Assembly: GCA_050084515.1 (NCBI GenBank)
Contig: CM114271.1
Location: 43,648,001-43,712,000 of the forward strand
Length of the DNA: 64,000 nt
Origin: Blasia pusilla
Taxonomy: Eukaryota
Direction of reading: 5' to 3'
Shown here piece by piece: positions 42,301 through 56,554 of this stretch. Position 1 is the first letter of the stretch. The number at the start of each line of letters is the position of its first letter. The notes under the pieces were generated by a model. That model saw only the letters and a program-made list of their open reading frames with translations, was not told where the DNA came from and did no database searches. A program made the position numbers and the translations under genes.

Positions 42301-45300
42301 GGTACATTTGGAAACATAATAAATCAATTGAAATGTCTTCTAGGAGTTATCTAACTGTAGAAAACTATCAAGCAGTTTTTAGTATAGAATGACACCCTGA
42401 AGTTTCCATGATGAAAATTTTCAACTAAAGATCAGACCCTTGAAAGGATCATGAGTTTCTCCGATCAAAGTGATTTCATGTCAACCAACATCATCCTATT
42501 TCTCTTCATTCCAGACAAGAATGCCAAGAGGAAGATTTGGGGTGTGAAGTGAATGACTTACACGAGGATAGCCTGAACAACCCACAAAGAAACTCCCATC
42601 CTGGTTGCAAGCAACACTAGATACTTAAAACTTGAATTTTAAACAGTGGGACTTTCCTACTCCAGTGGTTCTTTACAAACAGATGAGAAAGAAATACCAA
42701 TCAGCTATTGGCAGTAGACTTCGATGAAGGACCATATTAACAAAAAGACACGCAGCAACCTTGGGCACAAAAGACTCGACAAAATCTACAACTATGACTC
42801 CAAATATTCAGAGGGAAAGATTAAGAACACAGAGTTAACCAGCTATTCAGAGTTACATTGCTTAGTTCAGGTGTTAACAACCTTCAGCCATACACAAATA
42901 TTTTAGCCTGAATATTAGGTCAAATACAACCTCATCAATGGCTCCTGTCTACAGCCACAATCATACTCAATTCCCTCAGGGTAAGATAGGTGAAATGTTC
43001 GAGAGCCTCTCTATTAAGGCAGCAGGTCAATCAGGAGTGTGCAGGAAGTAAATACCTGTCTCTTCTTTAGCATCATGTTAGACTGCTGGCAAGCAGGACA
43101 AAGACGGACCATCTCCCCAATAGGATCACCTCCTTGCGTCCTACCTCCTTGTGTTCTGGCTACCAAACGAAACTAGAATTAGCTTTGAATAGACAATCTG
43201 ACAACAAAATCATATCTGATCACAAGCGAGAACGTAGCTGACTTTGATGTGCTGAACACTACCTCATTCATTAGTAGCAAGTAGAGATTTATGAGAAATC
43301 AAAAAGAATTTCAAATTTGAAAATGATAATGAGGACTTGTAACACATATAAGGCTTGCAAACTATGGTCAGAATACACCCTAGCAGGTGGACAATTTAGA
43401 AGCAAACATTAATGCTACATAGGATGTCGGATGATGTAAATTGGGCGTGTCAACTCTCTAAACAGCAGGTACAAGATTCAAACTCAGTCACTCTTGGAAC
43501 CTGGTACTGACACTTGCCCTAACCAAAAAGAGGAGATTCAGCTCGAACACTACAAGGAACAATTTACATATGAAGCAAGCATCAAACTCAAGACCATCAC
43601 AAAAGAAACATGCCAGAAAACGTACTACAGGGTGTGCTCACAAAAACCTGTACACCTCATCAGCAAACAAGACACAGCATATGATCACAGACTTGAAAGT
43701 TATATGTACATCCGGCCAACTGAAGTACAAAAGACTAACAGCAGATGACAAGCTGGATAAAAAAAAACAATGTATGTAAGTGGAGACGCCTACATTGCAG
43801 CAGTTATCATTTAATAAGACCATACATACCTTTCAAAGAAAAGTTCCATGGCCTCAAACAGCTTCTCCTTTTGTTGTCTTGCCTGTAATAGAACAACTTG
43901 TATTTTGGTTAACCATGAACCCTCCAATTCCTTCAAGCACCAGTTTCTGGTGCACATTATGCCATTGTCACTTCTCCAGTCTTGAGATGCATACTCAATT
44001 CCAGAAAAGAAACGGCAAGTCAGGATATCATAACAATGGAAATACAAATTCCAATCCTGAGATATGTGAACAAGGCCTCAACTAATCCCCACAGAGTCCT
44101 CCAGTGAATCAGCAGGAGGCCATTGGGGCTCAAATAACTGTATTAGACTGGGTAAGCCACACTCATTGAAGAGGAGAATACAAGTACTACAGAGTCAAGT
44201 TCATCGAGAAACGTCTTTGCACCTATGAAAAAGAAAAAAAGTCTTACATAGTCTTAAAGTCAATAACTACCAAGGATAGTGTGAAACACAGGAATTTTGT
44301 GCATGAAGATGGAACTCTCAGAAAGACTCACGACCAAATCTGCACAGGAAAACTACTCATGATGATGGGTCAAGTGACATACATCAACAAAGCAGTCCTT
44401 CATTTGCTGGAGACACGCACCCAAAACCTGCGCCTTGCTTTTGGTCCCCTCACTAACAGCCTTCATGTCATTCTCCATCATCGCTCGCAGATAGGGTTTC
44501 CACAATTCGTATCTGTTCCAATTGTGGTGTAACAGACCAAGTTCCTAAGTTCATTTGAAAATTTTGACTTTCTAGAGTTTAATAATGACCATGTGAAATT
44601 CTCTTCTGAACCAGGTTAAAATAGGTGAACAATTATTACATCATTGAGTGAGAACTACAGTAGAACAACTACTACATTTTGTTTCCTAGGGCACCCCAGG
44701 CCTTTTCTGCTGTTACTTGTAATATAGGACAGAGGCATTTCTGTTGACTCACTGCATGGGACTAGAAAAGGGTGTCCATTGTCAGTGAGTAGGCTGGAAT
44801 GGACGTGAATTCCATTCAGTTCAGTAAGGTCACGACTGTGTTCAAGCGAAGGGAGGTTTCAGGGGTCCTTGAGTGTAAATGAGCTGGCTGCAAACTACAT
44901 GCCATACAGATGCAAGTTGGTCTATTTCTGTCTCCTTTATTGATCAGTTTAGTCATCTGATTTCCTACATTACTTTTTGAGTCTTGTATGATCTGGCCTA
45001 TGTACGGACTGCAGAAAGTGTAAGTTCAAGTCCCATAGCTCTCATGGAGCCAAGGGACCCCAAAGACAATTCAACCAGTCCATTAATTCATTCGTAGCAA
45101 GTAAATCGTTCAAGTCATTTGAAAACATAAGGCAACAAAAGAAATGAAACACGAGTCTCTGGTAGAATATACCTTGATACTCATGTGCTTCCATGAACAC
45201 GCTTACTTGCGTCAGTGATTTTTAGTTTCCAGTTCACCTTGATTGATATTTCTGCAAATTGTTATGTTAATGTATTCAGGATGTGCAGCTCAAACTCCAG

Positions 45301-48300
45301 ACCAGATCAAGATCTGGTGATAGCACACATAAAATATGCCTATAAACTTATTCTAACCATTCTTGGTTATAACTGGGTCTATGTTAGTGCCAACAAGTGG
45401 AATCTACTTCACAACAGGCTCAATTGCGTCCAAACTTGATGTTACCTTTTTAAACTTGTAGATGTTGATTAAAAGCAAGGCAGACATCCTTTTCCAACAT
45501 AGCTTTCTGATATTTAATAATCCTTGTTGAAATTTATTAATATCTAGTTTATTCATGCCCTAAAGTAGTTGGTAGAATACTAACTTAGCTGGATACTAAC
45601 TTAGTCAGCTGGAGACAACTTAGAGCTCTTCTATCTTTTTAGGGTTATCATGATTTAAGGCTAGCCACCACCAGGTATTTAGGGCATCGATTCAAGAAGA
45701 TCTAAGCGTCATAAATGCTCACCCTCATGTATGCATTGTCTCTGCATAGAGTCAGAAGAAAATTGGACATTATGCACAGCTTTTGGTTAGGACTCCGGAG
45801 GCACTTGGTGTGTCGTACAGCACTGACCCTTTTGCAGAGTGATCTGAGAGAAGGAAGAGGAGATTGAGACTAAGTTCTGTCCTTACTAGAGCCTCACTGG
45901 AAGGCAGATCGTTTTGTCTAGATAGTTGATGGAGATTGTTTGTGCTCAGTGATGTGAGCCATGCATGATTTTTGAGCTGGTGACATCTGAGGATCTGTGT
46001 TGTGAGTGCAGGTGTGACTCTGTAGAATCCTCCTTACTATCTGATAGATAACGAAGGAGAGTCACATCATGGTAGGGCTCTGATTTGACGAGTGAGTTTG
46101 AAACTGATTTGCTGATTGTTTACACGCTGAAATCATAGATGATTTAGTTGATCCTAGTTTTGACCTTGTAGAAGGAGATACTTCTGCTGGTCAATCTTTC
46201 TCATACCCAGCCCCTTATGAACCTCCCTTGATAAAAGATGGCAATTGGGTCTATGTCAGGGACAATATGTCCAGCTTACTTCAGAGAATGATTCTATAAG
46301 TTTATAATTTCATATCCTAAGTTAAAACAAATTTAGCTCTTTGTTGAAATTTGTTAATATCTAATTTGGTCATGCCCTAAAAGTAGTTAGTCAAATACTA
46401 ATTTAGTTGGATACTAATTTAGTTAGCTACAGATAACTCAGTGTTCCTCTACCTTTTAGGGTAACCTCGAATTAGGGCAATTCTCGAGTTAGGGCTAGTC
46501 ACCATCTGATATTTAGGGTATGGATCTGTTCAAGAAGATCTAAGGGCCAGAAATGCTCACCCTCATTTATATATTGTCTCTGCTTAGAGTCAGAATGCAA
46601 TTCTGCAGTATGCACAGGTTTTGGTGAGGACTCCTGAGGCTCTCAGTGTGTCCTCCAGCACTGGCCCTGCTGCAGAGTGATCTGAGAGAAGGAAGAGGAG
46701 ATTGAGACTAACTTCTGTGCTTGCTAGAGCCTCATTGAAAGGCATGTCGTTTTGTCTAGTATGCTGATGGAGATTGTTTGTGTTCGAAGATGTGAGCCAT
46801 GTCTGATCTCTGAGCTGATGACATGGGAAGATCTGTTGTGTGAGTGCAAGGTGTGACTGTGTAGAATCCTTCTTAGTATCTGTTAGATAATAAGAAGAGT
46901 CACATCATGGTAGGGCTCTGATTTGGCAATAGAGATAGAAACTGATTTGCTGATTGTGTACAAGCTGAAATCAAGGATGGTCTAGCTGATGCTAGTTCTG
47001 ATATTGTAAAAGGAGATACTTCTGCTGGTCAATCCTTTTCACATCCTTGAGTTGGTTAAAGTCGAGGCAAACGTCCCCTTTTACTATTGAGGAGGGTGAA
47101 GTATTATACCCCATTGCATCATATCCCATGACCAGAGCTTCACCCTGCAATTGACAATAGAAAGACTCAGAGCTAAACATGGAAAGTTTCCGTCTCCAAA
47201 AAAATCCATGAGAGCCTCCAGAACAATTGGTACACTTGGTAGCTTACCAGCTTCGTTGGAGAGAACCGAGTGTTGGCTTCCTTTGTGGCATAGTAACGGT
47301 CGAGAATTCTTTTAATGTGGTCGTGCATAGTTGCATCTGTGCCAATACCAGCCTGCATTTCAAACTAAATGTTAGGGATAAAGGGTGCAAAACCTCATGC
47401 CGTACAGTTCAAGTGATTAACATTAGACAATCTACCAAATTCAGAGACATAGAAGACTTTATATGGCTCTCAAATAGTGCGATAGAATGCAATACAGCTT
47501 ACAACAGGGAGAATATACGGATTGAAGAACCATAGCGAATTACTATGCATCTTGTATACACTTGACCGTCTCCCAGCAAACTATGTTAGAACCTATGTTC
47601 TTTACCACCCATGGAAATACTTCCTCTACATGCTAGTCAACCAGAAGTGGATCTAGCTGCTGATGGTCACAGAAATATCAAAAGTCATCCATTGATGGAC
47701 TAACAATTCAACCTTGTCCATTAAACTGATCAAATCAGCTTCACTTAGTAAGGGTGGTGGCATGGTCATCCCCGAGTCAAGAGTCAACCTATCAGGAATA
47801 AACTGTGACATTGACAACCACTCATGTAAGTGAACGATTTGAGTCATCTCAACAACCACCAGCGATTTTTTGTGATCCGGATGGAAAGCAGGTAAGACTG
47901 ACGTGTATGATTTAAAGAGAAATAAAAGCAACACTAGGATTTGTCATATACTTGCCATGGTAAATACAAAGTTTCCAGAAAGTCATTCATGAAACCCTTA
48001 CACTAGTTACAGAATTTACAGAATTTCTTTACAATTTTCACAGTTTAGTGCATTCTTTCCATAAGAACCTAACCATCTTGTGCAGGCTCTGACCTGCTGG
48101 CCAATCTCAAATGTTGGAAGGGTGGATGCACCCCATGAATCATAAGTGTATATTTCCAGGTAATTTTTCTGCCAGAAGAAAAACAGTGAGCAAGTGTCGC
48201 AAGTAGGTCCTTCCCTAGTGCTACATCTTTACAGAAAAGGAAAGTTCTTTACCATAACGTGTCACTAAACATTATAATGTATCCATTGATTATTTCAGAA

Positions 48301-51300
48301 AATGTACACAACCTCCCCTGAAACGCAACATTCCAGCCATAAATCCTGTCATATGACTCCTAATCCTCATGGTGGACACAATCTCCTTGACTCTCCTGAT
48401 ACCTTTTGCACATCAGAGAATACAACAATCTATGTAGAATTGAGAAGCTTACAGCTGTTATCATGAGGCCTGTTGCTGTAAATGTTTCTCCAGCAATATC
48501 AATGGTTGCTGAAGTTTTGTATCCAATGGCTGGCTGTGAAACACACGCTAGAAAATGGCGAACAACCAACTCATACAGTCTCTGCACATCACAATGAACA
48601 AGCATTTGTCAGAATTGAGCACAAAAGAAAATACTGAACGTGCATAGAGAGACAGGTTAAAAAATGCACATTGATTTCATTGTTCCAACACTATGTGCCA
48701 CAGATCAAATCCAACAACAGTGCCCATTAGTGACATTGGACAGTACCAAAGGTACAGTTGTGATTGATTAACAAGAAGCTGTGCCTAGCATACGCTTATC
48801 AAAATTATGCTGCACAGAGAGACGAGCATAAGACAGAACAGGGCTTACTTTATGATCATTTGACCAGTTTGATTCACCTTCAGAATAGCGAGCAGGATGA
48901 ATAGGTGGGTGAGCTTTATCATTATGGCCACCATTACTAGGTTGTCGCCACAAGTTGGATGCTGGATCCAGAAGACGCTGTGCATATGCACCCCACGTGG
49001 AATGTCGTGTTTGTTCTCCAACCATGCCCTGCTCCACTGAAGTACTTATGAGTCAAGGGAAGCCACAAAAAAGTAAATAGGCCACACACACTTCGATGGT
49101 ACTGAGAAACAATTATGGCCACAATTATTTTTTGTGAGCTTGAGTGAAACATACTAAGTTGACCTTATTGCTTCTACTCTGATTATGTTCTTTCCAAAGG
49201 AAACGTGAGCAAAGTACCGTGACATGAACTTTCAGTGGGTTTACTTCTACACATATAATACTTAGGCCCAATAAATGATATCAGGCTGCCACTGCAAATT
49301 ACTGACCTGAAGATCAGTATTAGCAGTGAAGGAATCAGTTTCGGTTCTTGGATAGCTAATGAACCCAGACTGATAGAGTTCCTCTGCAACCTGATGAAAA
49401 ATATGAAGAAATATGACAATTGTTAAGATCTAATCCCTTGAACTTTAATCCAGAAGGTAGGAAAAGACCTAAGCATCTAGTGTCATTCACTTCCTACTTT
49501 CCAAGACTAATAGCAGGACTAAAAATCCAGAGGAACATGTCCCAGAGTAATTAGTGTAACAGTAGAGTGATTGAACCAAGGCCTCATAGCCACCAGTCAC
49601 GAAATTCAGGTAAGATACACTATTTCAGATCATGTCATGTTTGGGAGTGAAATCTAGCTTCTTCTGTGAGTTTCATAACTCTTCACAGAGCAACCAAAAC
49701 TATTCATTATAAACTCTAACAAATGTACTTTTCATTCACAACAACTAAAATTGCAAATTTTATAAAAAAAAGTCTCCAGTCTGAAACCATGCAAGATAAA
49801 ATGTCCCACTTCCTACTACCCACTTTTTGTCCCCTTCCTATTAGATTGACCCAGATAGGCGGGGCTGAACAGGTCAATCATTTCTCACTTTTCCACTCAA
49901 GACTCATGTTTTACTTTTCTCAAGTTCTGACATTAGTAAGTGGGTGGTATAGAATTTGGCTTCTATTGCTGTCCTAGTCATGCATGGCCTGGGCTAACCA
50001 AGTACCGCACAGCTTGTTATTTCAATTCCAATGACCCTATTTGGTTCCTAGAGACAATAAATGAATTCGTTTCTTCATTCCTTATGTCTGACTCATAATC
50101 ATTTCTGAAATAACCTTTTACTTCCTCGACGAAGGACTTAATAAAATCCTAGTAAAGAGTTAATACAAATTTTGGGCCTTACCCATGTGTGTAGAATAAA
50201 AGGTAAGCAAAAAAATTAATTAAATGGATCATAGACCTAGAAAGCCCATGCAGTTCTCACCTTCATTGTCTGCTCTGAACCCATCCGAAAGAATCGGGAG
50301 CATCGTTTTTGCAGTTCGACAGTGTTTAAAGGATGGGGTGGAAATTTCTGCGTCTCAGTGCCAGTGACTTGCAAGACCTGTCTAGTTTTGACATCACAAG
50401 AAGGAGAAGATGAATTATTGCTTTGTTGACCTTTTGTGACCCAAGGAAGGTGTAAAAGCCAAGGACTGGCCCGTCAGCTAAAGCCCCAATTTGCGGCCTC
50501 GAGCACTGTAAAACAGAACGAATTTGAGGAACGGGAATCTTGATGGATTACGATCTTAGTCAAACAAATCCACATATGGAAAGGTGGTGGGAGATCAGAC
50601 ATACCGTGGCAGTTGGTTCTTCCACGCACATTTCATAAATGGCCAAGGCAGCCAGATGATCAAATAACCTTCCGCGCCTGCCACCTCAAAAAATTCTCAG
50701 TAGAAAGTAATAGGGAAAGCCTCAAATCACTTTGGCTCTCAAGAGTACTAAATTCAAGCACTATTCCATCATCGCCTTTCACAAAAAATGAAACCCTGCG
50801 AAAGACTGTTTGCTGCCTATGAAAGACTAGCTACAGGAGATTCTAGTGAAAAGAGGTAGTGGACATAAATCACAAGAAACAAGATACCGGGTAGATAAAT
50901 ACGTTTTAGATAAAGGTTCCAGACTTGGCTAATGTCTGTTGAGGGAACTAACTGACGCTGCTACTCATAGTGACTCATGAGGGTGAGAGTCATTGGGCTA
51001 GTCACTCATTCCCCTTGAGCCACCAGATTACTGACTCTTACAAACATGTCAGAGATACCTGATTGTTGGACACATGTCAGAAATTTAGTGTGCTGCTTGC
51101 CCACAGGCCCATAGTGGGGTCACAAGGATGTGGGCCATTTCCCCACTTGCCAAGTGACACTACCATACCGTAGGTTAGCTTGTCTTAGCAACCATCCAGC
51201 CTAGATGGAGCACAGATGAGATAGTTTACGAAGTTTCAGAATGTGTCCAAGCACCTCTGATGACACATCATTTATCTCTTACTTTCAACGATACTTACAT

Positions 51301-52973
51301 CCAAGCAAACTGAGTAGAACCTTCATCAGAGCTATAAGAGCAATTGATTGTCCAAAATTCTTCAGGAATATGTGCTTGAACTTGCCAATAGCGCTCCACC
51401 ACAAAACCCAACGTTGGAAACTGATCGAGAGAATGAAAAGAAAGTTTAATGAAACTGGTGGTGACGCTCAACGAAAAAACGAAACGCTATGATACAACGC
51501 TTTGAAATCAATCCAGGTGGGGATATCAGCGCTCTAAACCCAGGTGTAAGAACTGCAAATGAACTCGGCCTCCATAAACCTCTTGAAGTAAACGTAGATG
51601 AATAACAGAGATGTCACCCAAGGAAATCAAATTCTTCTTTCTTCTTTAAGAGAGAAACTTAAAATGGAAAGCATAGACAGACCTGGCATGGACCGTAACT
51701 GAGTACCATATTCCTCTCTTCATCACCAAAAGGAAACATGAAGGAATCTTGCAGCAGCATGGTCTGGAAGCGAGTGAAAGATGCACCGATACGAAGGTCG
51801 ATTTCCTGTATGAATAGTGAACATCTGGTGAATCTCAAGAAATCCAGCAGCGCAACTCCAGCCGTGGTGAGAAGCTAATGCCTACATCACATTTGAGGGA
51901 TCTGTCAAAAAAATTTCAAATAAATTCACACTTACCTGGCGTGCATCTACAGCATCTGCATACAGTTGATTAGGGCGTCCGAGATGCTCAGCTGCATGAT
52001 GTATATCCCTGAGAGATCGAAAAAAAATTACTGCCATATCAAAGTTTCATCCATGAAACCAGACATTTATTACTGTGCATGCCACCTTCCTAATGCTTCT
52101 TAATCTGAGATGTTGGTTGGATTCAGCTGTGCCACCGATGTAAACAGCTACATTTCAGGAGCCTTCCTTAGGCTACAGGAACAGCTTCTTCCACCTATTC
52201 ATCACTAGGACACGGATATTAGCTAATCAGGTAGCGTGATGCAGGAATTGTCACTAATTATCTTACGTGGACACAGCAGAATGTTGCGCTGGTTGAGTTT
52301 TCTTTACTAAAAAAAAAACTGCGCAAATGCTTTGCTTAATCACCACTTTCATGCTCACATTCACGGTGATTACCTTTCAATTAGAGCAGAGAAGTGGGCT
52401 CGCCAAATATCTAAGCGGGGATTACTGGCCCGACACACCTCCACAACTTCGTAAGCAATATTCTCCCCCTCCCGATCGCAATCCAGCCAAAGCACCAGCT
52501 TCTGACATTGTCTGGCTTCCTCTTGCAAGGTCCTCTGCAAAGCCAATTTATCCTGCAATTCCCTTTTTCATTTTTCACGTTGCCACAAAAGTAGAATATG
52601 TAATTGAAGGAAGGCATCAACGCAGCTAATTACACTTCATCAACTACGTATAAATTAAGACATCAGATCATGCGTACGAGAAGGGCCCTACTTCCGGGAC
52701 TCGCTTCCGTACTGGTGCTTGATAGAGAATTGCAGGATCACAGGAACTCCATTTACGATACTGCTCCTCAAACTCAAGCTCCATCAAATGACCGCTGACT
52801 GATGTCATCAACATCAGACATTGCTGACCATTCAAATTATATGAGAATTCAAAAATCTTGTTGTAAGGGGAGCGTCCCTCTCGCACCCGAACATTGTTAT
52901 GAGATAGAATCCCTGCAACAGCCTTTGCGACTGAGGGCTTCTCTGCAACATTTAGGACGCGCATAATAGCCAT
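39380..52973 (-). CDS. TOP3A: DNA topoisomerase III alpha, multi-exon (internal exon boundaries not all mapped)
   Basis: [19 protein letters not shown] (TOPRIM), [12 protein letters not shown], catalytic [10 protein letters not shown] (about 49340), [52 protein letters not shown], then C-terminal CCHC (about 40320), GRF finger (about 39900-40000) and final [14 protein letters not shown]; stop at 39380-39382. Confidence 0.95.
45525..47043. mobile_element. Two direct LTR-like repeats of about 690 bp (45525-46205, 46342-47043) with a short non-coding spacer, inside a TOP3A intron
   Basis: Both start TGTTGAAATTT and end ...CTGCTGGTCAATC..CA(C/T)A; the whole unit is flanked by TCCT on both sides. 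Confidence 0.75.
50889..51290 (+). mobile_element. Solo LTR related to the copia LTR, in a TOP3A intron
   Basis: Start tagataaatacgttttagataaaggt...gaacta...gctgctactc matches 19182-19260; flanks ATACC and ATACT; terminal dinucleotides are mutated. Confidence 0.65.
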
Positions 52974-53284
52974 CCCTCATCCCTGCTCAAATGTCTACAA
53001 GCAATAAGAATTTGAATTTCCTGTACAATCACTCATCTGGAGCCCTTCTGATAATTCAAAATACGCCGGAGGAGTTAAATTGGCAGCAAGTCCATCTAAC
53101 TATCCTCACCGATTATCTCTCTCTATCTCCCTCTCTCTCTCACGGAACTTTCCTCCCCGTCTTCCTCCAGCAAGGGCACGAGGCCTATTGTCGCAAAGCG
53201 AAGCTACGACAGCCGCATTCCGACTGCCTCGAAACTTGAGATCTCGTCTATCCTCTTCCATCGGAGATAAAGTGAGCATACGAA

Positions 53285-53536
53285 TTTCGAGCTCTCGCTG
53301 AAGCTAACTCGCATCCAGAACGGCCCATTACAACCGTCTTATCTTTTCGTATCCTCACTTCAAAATTCTAAACAATTGAAACTCTGTGCGCCCCGCGTAT
53401 CCGCACACGAGTTTCTGGCTCTCGCTCAAGCTGACTCGTAGTCAGAATGGTTCATTACACTCGTCTTCTCTGTTCGTATCGCCACTTCAAAATTCCAAGC
53501 AATTGAAACGCTGACAGCACCGCGAATCCGACACAA
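53285..53536. repeat. Two diverged tandem units of about 127 bp just upstream of TOP3A
   Basis: Units starting at 53285 and 53412 share gctctcgct..aagct.actcg, cattaca, ttcgtatc, cacttcaaaattc, caattgaaac. Confidence 0.8.
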
Positions 53537-53675
53537 CGTGCATCTTGGGCGTCCAACCTCTACGGCGAATGCAAAGATGTGCTCGCGTCAGCTCCCGCTG
53601 TTAGCGGGCGGGAGGTGCTTTGGCTCACGGAAGGCGGGAGAACATGAAAAGTGATGCTGAAACTAAGTATGCCTA

Positions 53676-54206
53676 CTAGTACTACGATGTGCGTTGCACC
53701 GGGCCCGATATGCAATAATATATTAAGACTACTAATGAGTGTGAACATGGGTGGGGTTGGGGTACTAAGAGGAAACAAATCCATACCTCCATATGGTGCT
53801 TATGCTTGCAAGATGTCAAAGAAAGGGTTAACTGAGTTTTTTTTTTACAAAATTACATGTGATTACATTTGGTTTGTTAAACGACCCATCATTACCCAAC
53901 ATAATTTTAATGGCATTCCGATTACATACTCTAGATAATGTAACATATAGTTGACCGTGGAAAAAGACATGTGTTATGTGTTGGTAAGTATAAGCCTACA
54001 TTTCGTAAAGTTTGGCCTTGTGACTTATTAATAGTCATGGCAAAGGCGAGGCGAATAGGGAATTGGAATCTCCTCAAATTGAATGGTAACCCAGAATCAC
54101 TTGCAATCAAGGGGATACGGGAAATAAAAATCCTAGCGCCAATGTTTTTCCCAGTTATTTTTCTACATCTATAATTGACCATATCAAGCCACGCACAACC
54201 ACTCAA
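53676..54206 (-). mobile_element. Helitron 3' remnant (PIF1-like helicase C-terminus and 3' end)
   Basis: RIPL..LPF.LRRFQFPIRLAFAMTINKSQGQTL..VGLYL, then frameshifted VFFHGQLYVTLSR; downstream on the minus strand a degenerate hairpin ccggtgcaacgcac followed by CTAG|T. Confidence 0.8.
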
Positions 54207-54715
54207 GTTCAGTTTGCTTGTCCTCTCAACCCATTCATGGAGCTACTCAAATGTTGCTCCATGGAACTTTGTCATCGCCTTATGTTAATCTACTACCAAC
54301 AAAAATAAGCAGAAAATAGGTAATGTTTCCGCGGCTTCTCCTATGACCTTCCAAATGAATATGCAAAAAACTAAAAAAACACTCAAAGGGGCTCTTCCTT
54401 GAGGCAACGGAATTGCCTCAAGGAAGGTCCCACTTGTGCCTATCTAGCTTTCTCATGTAGAATCAAGGTAAAAATGGCTCATACAACTAATCCCACTCTC
54501 AAATCTACATATAATTATAAAAAATGCATGATGGATTTGATAAGTATGTTTAGATTCGAGATTCAAATCTACATATAATTATAAAAAAATACATTATGCA
54601 TAATACATGGCATAAGATGACCATTTACTCAGTGAACATATCACATGCATGAAATTGGAAAAGTAGAGGAACGCTAATCCCAATTAGCCAAAAATATAAT
54701 CGACCTCATTTGATT

Positions 54716-56554
54716 TTTCGTGCTCATATACATCGCTACACAACCTACATCGCTGATCTCATCTACACACCACACAACACCAATCTTCCCAACACACGGG
54801 TCGATCTATCCATAAAAAATACACTTACACATATATATCAAGACCACACAATAAAATTAGAGTAAAAATTGCTCACCCAATATGGTGTCGAGAGCTTTTC
54901 TTTGAGTAAGGAAGAACCTTCTAGTTACGACACACGTTGATGCAAGATGAACTCTCTAAGAAGTTCTCCTTTGCAATATATAATTACTATATAAACTATC
55001 CATTCTCTCATGTCAAGAATCACGTACGGTAGTGCTGAGACGATCACTTCTTCCTAACATCTAACCCCAAAATTCCTAACTATGAAGTCCTTGTAAATTA
55101 CTTTACGTTTGTACACAAGAAAAATGACACAACTAGTATTTAACCCTATTCGAGCGCGCTATTAACATCCATAGATCGTTATATGAGGATGTACAAAGTG
55201 CAATCCCACATCCTTCCGTACGTGACAATAAGAAGTATCACTGGAATTGGAGATTGCATTATTTGGTTTATGAAATGCTTATCCAAAGTGGTAGACTAGA
55301 TAACGAGTAAACCAATGTCTATCTAAAAAGAGAATCTTAACGTGGTATGGATTGAGAAAAGGAAAATCGTATATAATTCGTGCTCCATCCCTATCCATGA
55401 TTGACGGACATTCTCTATTCTCCTCAAGAATCGGTTTTGGCGCAGTTGCTCCCCCAAGATGGGTACTCCACTCTCATTGGAAAAATAACAAGCCAAAAAC
55501 CATCCACTATCCCTAGTATGACAAGGACTCTCCTAAGATGACAAATCTCTCCAAATAACCATCTCCACACATATTAGACTCTCGAAACTCTTGAAGAATA
55601 GATCTTAGCCAAATCACTCTCCCACTAAGGGTAATCCAGTCTCATAGGAAGAGCAAGCAAACCCAATTTCATCCACTCAAGAGTAACAAGGGAGATTTAA
55701 GAAATTAAGTCGAAGATGATGAACCCTTGAAAGTCCCTCACAAGGGATCCACAAAAATACAAAATAGGACTAATATTATCTTGTGCCACATGGCTTCCTC
55801 TCAAGGCTTAGCCAATCCCATTTGATACAAGTATATTACATGCTATCTCTTCCAAAATATCCTCATTAACTCACTTCATATCCTTCAAATTACCCCAACT
55901 ACCTTAGCATCCAACCAAGATTACTTTAATTTTATTTTCATTAATACACCAATTCACTACTTTACTTTTATACTCTCATACTTACTTACCGCACATAAGA
56001 AATACCATAAAGAGGTTTAAACATGTAAAATTTATTTTCCTAAGCTAATTTACTTAATACGTATAAAATTCTCTCTAATATTAATAAGATAGAAGTTTAT
56101 ACAATGGATAATTTTACTATATGACAACGGCCTAAAACTCCACTCTTGAATCTACATCCGCATATCGACCCAAATCCAGACGCTAGCATCCTAGTTCCTA
56201 CACACACAGCCAAGAGAGATGCTCTTAAGGCTCAACATGAGAAAGATGACTTGGGAAAGCCATCTCTCCATCTCTTATATCCTTGGGAAGAGGAAAAAGG
56301 CTTTTTCTCCAAAAATAGCCATCCCAACAATAACCTACATGCATAAGTTACCGGATCACCGTCGACTCGGTCAATGGGTCACCTAACTGACTAAGACCAA
56401 AATAGGAAAATCGCCATAAATTTCGTTCTTGACGCAAAAGACAGGTTGCCAACCTCCTCCGACATCTCACGACGAAGTTACATCCAAACAACCTTCTGAC
56501 TCTCTATATCGTCGACACGATAGAACTCTACCTACGTCTAACTAAGATGAGACA
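54716..56554 (-). mobile_element. Solo LTR (third family) split by a nested TG...CA insertion of about 1.24 kb (54886-56126)
   Basis: 54716-54885 plus 56127-56554 is the reverse complement of 58040-58631; the nested piece TGTCGAG...ATGACA is flanked by ATGG and ACGG. Confidence 0.65.

Noticed and set aside
53931-54206. Host PIF1 helicase gene
   Set aside because: Only a frameshifted C-terminal fragment followed by a Helitron-like end.
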